From an uncultured Candidatus Rokubacteria bacterium (GTDB lineage: Bacteria > Methylomirabilota > Methylomirabilia > Rokubacteriales > DASRDR01): a stretch of 64,000 bases of DNA. This document shows, one piece after another, positions 56,801 through 64,000 of the stretch (position 1 is its first letter; each line of letters starts with the position of its first letter). Location: contig CAVPSB010000013.1 in assembly GCA_963708025.1 (NCBI GenBank), positions 128,001 to 192,000 on the forward strand, given 5' to 3'. The position numbers and the translations under genes are program-made. The notes below the pieces were generated by a model. The model worked only from the letters and a program-made list of their open reading frames with translations, was not told the origin of the DNA and made no database searches.

Positions 56801-59656
56801 GGGATCTCCGGCGACCTCCCGATCGTCCTGGTCCGCATCGACGAGCCGGAGGATCGAGGCATCGTCCGACAGCTCCTCCGCGCGCACGAGTACTGGCGCC
56901 TGAAGGGGCTGGCGGTCGATCTCGTCATTCTGAACGAGCGGGCGCACTCCTACACGGAGGAGCTCCAGGCGTCGCTGGAGACGCTGGTCCGGACGAGCCA
57001 GTCGGCGTCGCGGCACGAGGGGCACGAGACACACGGGAAGGTCTTCATCCTGCGGAAGGACCTGCTCAAGGCGCACGGAGCGCGATGCCCTGCAGACGGC
57101 CGCTCGAGCCATCCTCCTGAGTCGGCACGGCACGCTCGCGGAGCAGCTCGCGCGCGCCACGATCCGCTCCGAGCACGGCGGCCCCGCCCCGCCGCCGCCC
57201 GGCCCGAGCCCCAGTCCCCCGCCGACGCGCCGCCGGCCCGCCCGGAGTTCGAGTTCTTCAACGGGCTGGGGGGGTTCGTCGACGATGGGCGGGAGTACGT
57301 CACCGTCCTCGGGGAAGGGCAATGGACGCCCGCGCCCTGGATCAACGTCGTCGCGAATCCCGCGCTTCGGCTTCCAGGTCTCCGAGTGCGGGGCCGGCTA
57401 CACGTGGTCGCGCAACAGCCGGGAGAATCAGCTGACGGCGTGGTCCAACGATCCCGTCAGCGACCCGCCCGGGGAGACCATCTATGTCCGGGACGAAGAG
57501 ACCGGTGACCTGTGGGGCCCGACGCCGCTGCCCATCCGGGAGGACGCGTCGCCCTACGTCGCCCGGCATGGTCAGGGCTACAGCCGCTTCGAGCACACGT
57601 CCCATGGCATCTTCCTGAGTCTGCTCCAGTTCGTGCCGGTGAACGACCCGGTGAAGATCTCTCGGCTGAGGATCGAGAACCGATCCGGCAAGTCCCGGCG
57701 TCTGTCCGTGACCGCGTACGTCGAATGGGTCCTGGGAGTCTCGCGAAGCGCGACCGCGCCCGTCATCGTCACCGAGATCGATCCGGACACGGGTGCGCTG
57801 TTCGCGCGCAACCCGTGGAACATCGACTTCGGCGATCACGTGGCGTTCGCCGATCTCGGGGGTCGTCAGACCGCGTGGACCGGCGATCGGACGGAGGTCC
57901 TGGGTCGGAACGGAACACTCGATCATCCGGCGCTGCTGGAGCGAGGGGGCCGCCCGTCCGGCCGGGTCGGCGCCGGACTCGACCCCTGCGCGGCCCTGCA
58001 GACCGTGATCGAGGTGGCGCCCGGCGGGCGCGAGGAGATCGTGTTCTTCCTCGGTGAGGCCGCGACGGCCGCCGAGGCGCGCGGGCTGCTCACTCGCTAC
58101 CGGACAGCGGACCTCGATCTGACGTTGCAGGCCGTGAAGACTCGGTGGGACGACATCGTCGGCGCCATCCAGGTCAAGACGCCGGACCGCTCCGTGGACA
58201 TCATGCTCAACCGCTGGCTTCTCTACCAGACGCTCGCCTGCCGTGTCTGGGCCCGATCCGCCTTCTATCAGGCCGGGGGCGCGTACGGGTTTCGCGACCA
58301 GCTCCAGGACGTGATGGCCCTGACCGTCGCGAACCGGGAGGTCGCGCGGGAGCATCTCCTCCGGGCCGCCAGCCGCCAGTTCGTGGAGGGCGACGTGCAG
58401 CACTGGTGGCATCCCCCCTCCGGCCGGGGGGTGCGCACCCGGATCTCCGACGACGCGATCTGGTTGCCCTACGCCGTCACGCAGTACCTCGAGGCGACGG
58501 GCGATGCCGGCGTGCTCGACGAGGTCATCCCCTTCCTCGAAGGGCCCGTCCTCGCGACGGGGCAGCACGAGTCGTACTTCGAGCCCACGGTGTCCGCCGA
58601 GCACGGCACCGTGTTCGAGCACTGCGCCCGCGCGCTCGACCGGAGTCTCGCCATCGGCGCGCACGGCCTGCCCCTGATCGGTACGGGGGACTGGAACGAC
58701 GGCCTGAACCGCGTCGGCCCCGAGGGGCATGGAGAGAGCGTGTGGCTCGGCTGGTTCCTGCACACGACCCTCTGGGAGTTCGCGCGGTGGGCCGATGCCC
58801 GCGGCGAGCGCGGGCGCGCCGACAGGTGGCGCGGCCACGTCGACATCCTGAAGACCTCGCTCGAGGAGCAGGCGTGGGACGGGGACTGGTATCGTCGCGC
58901 CTTCTTCGACGACGGGACCCCCCTCGGGTCCGTCGTCAACGCGGAGTGCCGCATCGATTCCATCGCGCAGTCGTGGGGGGTGCTCTCGGGCGCCGCCGAG
59001 CCCGAAGCGCGCGGCGCGCGCGATGGCGGCCGTCGAGGAGTATCTCGTGCGGCGAGGTCAGGAGCTGGTCCTCCTGTTCACGCCCCCGTTCGACCGCGCG
59101 CCTGTCGACCCCGGCTACATCAAGGGCTACCCGCCGGGCGTGCGCGAGAACGGCGGCCAGTATACCCATGCCGCGATCTGGTCGGTGATGGCGTTCGCGG
59201 CGCTCGGTGACGGCGACAAGGCCAACGAGCTCTTCTCGATCCTGAACCCGATCAACCGCGCGAGCACGCGGGCGGGAGTCCACCGGTACAAGGTGGAGCC
59301 CTACGTGGCGGCCGCCGACGTCTATGCCGAGTCCCCGCACGTCGGCCGCGGAGGATGGACGTGGTATACGGGCTCCGCGGGCTGGATGTACCGCGCGGGG
59401 ATCGAGTGGCTCCTCGGGTTCCGGCTGCGTGGCGCGGTGCTTCACCTCGACCCCTGCATCCCGCGCGCGTGGCGACGCTTCGAGATCGCGTTCCGCTACC
59501 ACGGGTCGCGCTACGAGATCACGGTCGAGAACCCCCGCGGGGTGACGCGGGGCATCGCCCGATCGAGGTCGATGGACCCTCCTCGCGTCCGGCAGCGCGA
59601 GCCTCCCGTTGACCGCGGATGGCGCGACGCATCGCGTGCGCGTCGTCCTCGGATGA
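50834..59656 (+). CDS. ndvB: Cyclic beta-1,2-glucan synthase (GT84 + GH94 domains); many frameshifts
   Basis: PIRAELFS; GWERKRGKL; YVITLDADT; LLSHDLFEG; SWSGSMFEYLMP; AYGFRDQLQD; GDWNDG; GVRENGGQYTH; WTWYTGSAGW. Confidence 0.93.
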
Positions 59657-59754
59657 GAGCTCCGACCAGGGCAGTCACCAGGCTGATCACCAGGCCGCCA
59701 CGAAGACTCCGATGATCAGCGGCGATTACGAGGGCGTCCCTTCGGACGCCTCCG

Positions 59755-60045
59755 TCACACTCGTCCGCTTGCTGGTGCTGGGCGAATCGTCTCCTGCCCC
59801 GCTCGCAGAGCCTCGCTGACGTGCTCCGTCGCGTCCTGCACGGCTTCCTCAGCGCGCCGTAAGGTGTCCCCACCGCGATCGACCAGCTTGCCGAGCCTCT
59901 CCCCTACTCCCTGAACGCCTTCCGCGGCTTTCGTGCGCACCGCGCGCGATCCCTCCCCCAGATAGTCCTCGATCTCCTTCCCCCAGAACCATACGGCGAC
60001 TGCACCGGTGATCGCTCCCAAGACGAACACTTCACTCGTTCGCAT
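59755..60045 (-). CDS. YtxH-like small membrane-anchored helical protein
   Basis: FVLGAITGAVAVWFWG followed by an amphipathic helix; RBS aaggagga. Confidence 0.7.
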   Translation of the reverse strand: MRTSEVFVLGAITGAVAVWFWGKEIEDYLGEGSRAVRTKAAEGVQGVGERLGKLVDRGGDTLRRAEEAVQDATEHVSEALRAGQETIRPAPASGRV

Positions 60046-60097
60046 CGCGGGTCCTCCTTAGTTGCAAGACTTGAACTTCCCTACGCGGATCCATGTC

Positions 60098-60259
60098 TCA
60101 GCGCCGCTCTCTGCGACGTCGCCGTCGTGCGGCCGTGCGACCCGGAAATCGCGCCGTCCCCGGATGCCTGCTTCCTTTCCCGAAGCCGGGATGGCATTCG
60201 GGTCGGCAAAACGGCCCCTCGCCCGTAAACTCCTTCTTGCAGGTGTCACACTGCGCCAT
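60098..60259 (-). CDS. Small Cys-rich putative zinc-binding protein with basic tail
   Basis: MAQCDTCKKEFTGEGPFCRPECH; RBS ggagga. Confidence 0.55.
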   Translation of the reverse strand: MAQCDTCKKEFTGEGPFCRPECHPGFGKGSRHPGTARFPGRTAARRRRRRERR

Positions 60260-60423
60260 TGTTGAATCCTCCACGAGACTGGTTCGCGACGACCATCGCT
60301 GGGCTGGGCCGGGCTCACCAGACGCCCGCGCCCTCGCTGACGTGCTCGAGTTGCTCCGCCAGGGTCCAGCGGACCGGGACCGGGTTGGGCGTCTCGCCTT
60401 GCGGGTGCATCGACCGCTCGTAC

Positions 60424-60443
60424 TGTACCATAGTTCTAGTACA
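60424..60443. promoter_or_regulatory. GntR operator (site 5)
   Basis: TGTACCATAGTTCTAGTACA, upstream of the minus-strand small genes. Confidence 0.8.
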
Positions 60444-60527
60444 CTCCGTACAACCCATCGAGCCCCCAAGCCGAGGGGCCGCGAGCGTCGCCCGCTCGCC
60501 GTGGGGCCCGGGGCTCACGTTGCTCGA

Positions 60528-60556
60528 TTGCCACTGTACTACTTTAGTGGTACACT
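60528..60556 (+). promoter_or_regulatory. groESL sigma70 promoter with overlapping GntR operator (site 6)
   Basis: TTGCCA-N17-TACACT; operator TGTACTACTTTAGTGGTACA (60535-60554) fills the spacer and part of the -10. Confidence 0.8.
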
Positions 60557-60618
60557 GACAAGTGCGGCAAGATTTCACCTGCATCGCACACCCCCTCGCC
60601 GAAGGAGGCACTCGCACC

Positions 60619-60927
60619 ATGACTCAGGCAACGAAGACGAAGCTCCGCCCGCTCCACGACCGTGTCCTCGTCAAGCGTGTTGACGAAGAGGAAGTCCGCC
60701 GCGGCGGCATCATCATCCCGGACAGCGCGAAGGAGAAGCCCCAGGAGGGCAAGGTGATGGCCGTCGGCACCGGCAAGGTGACCGAGGACGGCAAGAAGAT
60801 CCCGCTCGACGTCAAGGCGGGCGATCGGATCCTGTTCGGGAAGTACTCCGGCAGCGAGGTCAAGATCGACGACCAGGAGTACCTCATCATGAAGGAGGAG
60901 GACGTCCTCGGCATCCTCGGAGCATGA
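60619..60927 (+). CDS. groES: Co-chaperonin GroES
   Basis: [31 protein letters not shown] aaggagg. Confidence 0.98.
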   Translation: MTQATKTKLRPLHDRVLVKRVDEEEVRRGGIIIPDSAKEKPQEGKVMAVGTGKVTEDGKKIPLDVKAGDRILFGKYSGSEVKIDDQEYLIMKEEDVLGILGA

Positions 60928-60982
60928 ACGAACGGCCCCGCCGTCGCAACCATCTTCTGGACAACCTAGGAGGACCGATCTA

Positions 60983-62596
<1,614 letters not shown>

Positions 62597-62638
62597 ACCG
62601 AGGTCAGGCGCGACTGCTGACCGCATCTTCCTCGGCGA

Positions 62639-62671
62639 AACGGCCTCTGGGGGTCTTCCTCGGAGGCCGTT
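62639..62671 (+). terminator. Stem-loop downstream of groEL
   Basis: AACGGCCTCTGGGGG-TCTT-CCTCGGAGGCCGTT. Confidence 0.65.
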
Positions 62672-62839
62672 GTCAGCCCATCGCCGAGCCCGGCAAGCCG
62701 TGGTCGGCAGCAGGTCCGGATGATGGCGCACACGTCAGCCAGAGGGTGGCGTCCGATCGCCCAATCGGTGGAGGCTCGCTCCACCCGCCCTGGTCAGCAG
62801 CGCCGCGGCCGGAGCTCGACCGGCTGCTGATGCACTAGG

Positions 62840-62944
62840 ATGAGCGAAACTCTGGTTGACCCCGTCATCCTCACCACCGATGCTGATTTCCGCATCTATC
62901 GCCGCCTCAGTCGTCACGTTGTTCCCTGCGTGACACCGTACTGA
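62840..62944 (+). pseudogene. C-terminal remnant of a PIN-domain (VapC) toxin
   Basis: Manual translation: MSETLVDPVILTTDADFRIYRRLSRHVVPCVTPY*. Confidence 0.7.
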
Positions 62945-63114
62945 CGTTGCCGCCCCGTCTCGAGCGGGCGCGCGCAAGCCCGGCGAGCCGCCCCAACGGC
63001 GTGCCAGGCCGTGGTCTACAGCCTCTCGAGCAGCCTCTACCGCGTGAGAGTGGCCCGGTTCGGCGCGCACCTTCGTGGCGTCCTCTGTGCCGGGATTTCA
63101 GCTATGCTCGAAGC

Positions 63115-64000
63115 GTGGCGCCAACGAAGGCGGAGCGCGTCGGGCTCGAGGTCGCCGGCCGCGAGGTGGCGATCACCAACCCGAGCAAGGTCTACTTCCC
63201 CGAGGCCGGGATCACCAAGCTCGAGGTCGTCCGCTACTACCTCGCCGTGGCCGAGGGCGCGCTGCGAGGCGCGGGCGGCCGCCCCAACGTGCTGGTGCGC
63301 TATGCCGACGGCATCCATGGCGAGTCCTTCTACCAGAAGCGCGCGCCCCACGCGCGCCCGGAGTGGGTCGAGGTCGTCGCGCTCCGCTTCCCCTCGGGCC
63401 GGACCGCCGAAGAGGTCGTGCCGCGCGACGCCGCGGCCCTCGCGTGGATGGCGAACCTGGGATGCCTGGAGCTGCACCCCCATCCCGTGCGGGCGGAGGA
63501 CCTCGATCATCCCGACGAGCTGCGGATCGACCTCGACCCGGTGCCGGGTGTCGAGTGGTCGCAGCTCGTGGCCGTGGCCCAGGTCGTCCGCGCGGCCCTG
63601 GCCGACCTGGGCCTCCTGGGCTGGCCGAAGACCTCGGGCTCGCGAGGCATTCACGTCAACGTGCGGATCCACCGCCGGTGGTCGTTCTTGCAGGTGAGGC
63701 GCGCCGCCCTCGCCCTGGCTCGCGAGGTGGAGCGGCGGGCGCCGACGCTCGCCACCAGCAAGTGGTGGAAGGAGGAGCGTCACGGCGTCTTCCTCGACTA
63801 CAACCAGAACGCCAAGGACCGCACCGTCGCCAGCGCCTACTCGGTGCGTCCCAAGCCCGACGCGCGCGTCTCGGCGCCGGTGACGTGGGACGAGCTGAGC
63901 GAGTGCCGGCCGGAGGACTTCACGCTGCGCACGATGCCGGACCGCTTCGCCGCGATCGGGGACCGGCACGCGCAGATCGACGAGCACCCGTGCTCGCTGG
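63115..64000 (+). CDS. Stand-alone LigD-type primase-polymerase domain protein (runs off the window)
   Basis: Manual translation: ITNPSKVYFP...FYQKRAP...ELRIDLDP...KTSGSRGIH...WWKEERHGVFLDYNQNAKDRTVASAYSVRP. Confidence 0.92.
   Translation, partial: MAPTKAERVGLEVAGREVAITNPSKVYFPEAGITKLEVVRYYLAVAEGALRGAGGRPNVLVRYADGIHGESFYQKRAPHARPEWVEVVALRFPSGRTAEEVVPRDAAALAWMANLGCLELHPHPVRAEDLDHPDELRIDLDPVPGVEWSQLVAVAQVVRAALADLGLLGWPKTSGSRGIHVNVRIHRRWSFLQVRRAALALAREVERRAPTLATSKWWKEERHGVFLDYNQNAKDRTVASAYSVRPKPDARVSAPVTWDELSECRPEDFTLRTMPDRFAAIGDRHAQIDEHPCSL

Noticed and set aside
50834-59656. Frameshifts in ndvB, pckG, ftsH, mazF, the kinase and other genes as programmed frameshifting or mass pseudogenisation
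   Set aside because: They are scattered single-base indels with motifs intact on both sides and no shared slippery sequence, so long-read error is the simplest explanation. Read polishing is needed to confirm.

Overview
Very GC-rich bacterial window. The gene style and content suggest an uncultured soil lineage such as Ca. Rokubacteria/Methylomirabilota, but this is inference only. Scattered single-base frameshifts in otherwise intact genes are most likely long-read errors. The left half (1-33.6 kb) holds ordinary transport and catabolism genes: a TOBE gene with a type II ABC importer, an FmdB zinc ribbon, a CbiX-associated protein, a TTC38-like protein, two amidases, an RHH/MazF toxin-antitoxin pair, peptide/nickel, NitT/TauT and Liv ABC systems, dehydrogenases, a cyclase, a MASE1 hybrid kinase and an MFS transporter. 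The right half (about 33.7-62.9 kb) looks like a stress/envelope island: Na+/H+ antiporter, two GlsB/YeaQ/YmgE proteins, an RHH protein, several small unknown proteins including two Cys-rich microproteins, a fatty-acid desaturase, an APC transporter, PEPCK, FtsH, cyclic beta-1,2-glucan synthase and groESL. The most striking signal is a candidate regulon. A 20-bp palindrome (YGTAYYA-N6-TRRTACR) occurs six times, all in intergenic DNA of this island. Three copies sit in identical TTGAC-N17-TAnnnT promoter geometry directly ahead of three paralogous GntR genes (two full-length with a PlmA-like C-terminus, one degenerate HTH-only). Another copy overlaps a sigma70-type promoter of groESL, where no CIRCE element is visible.
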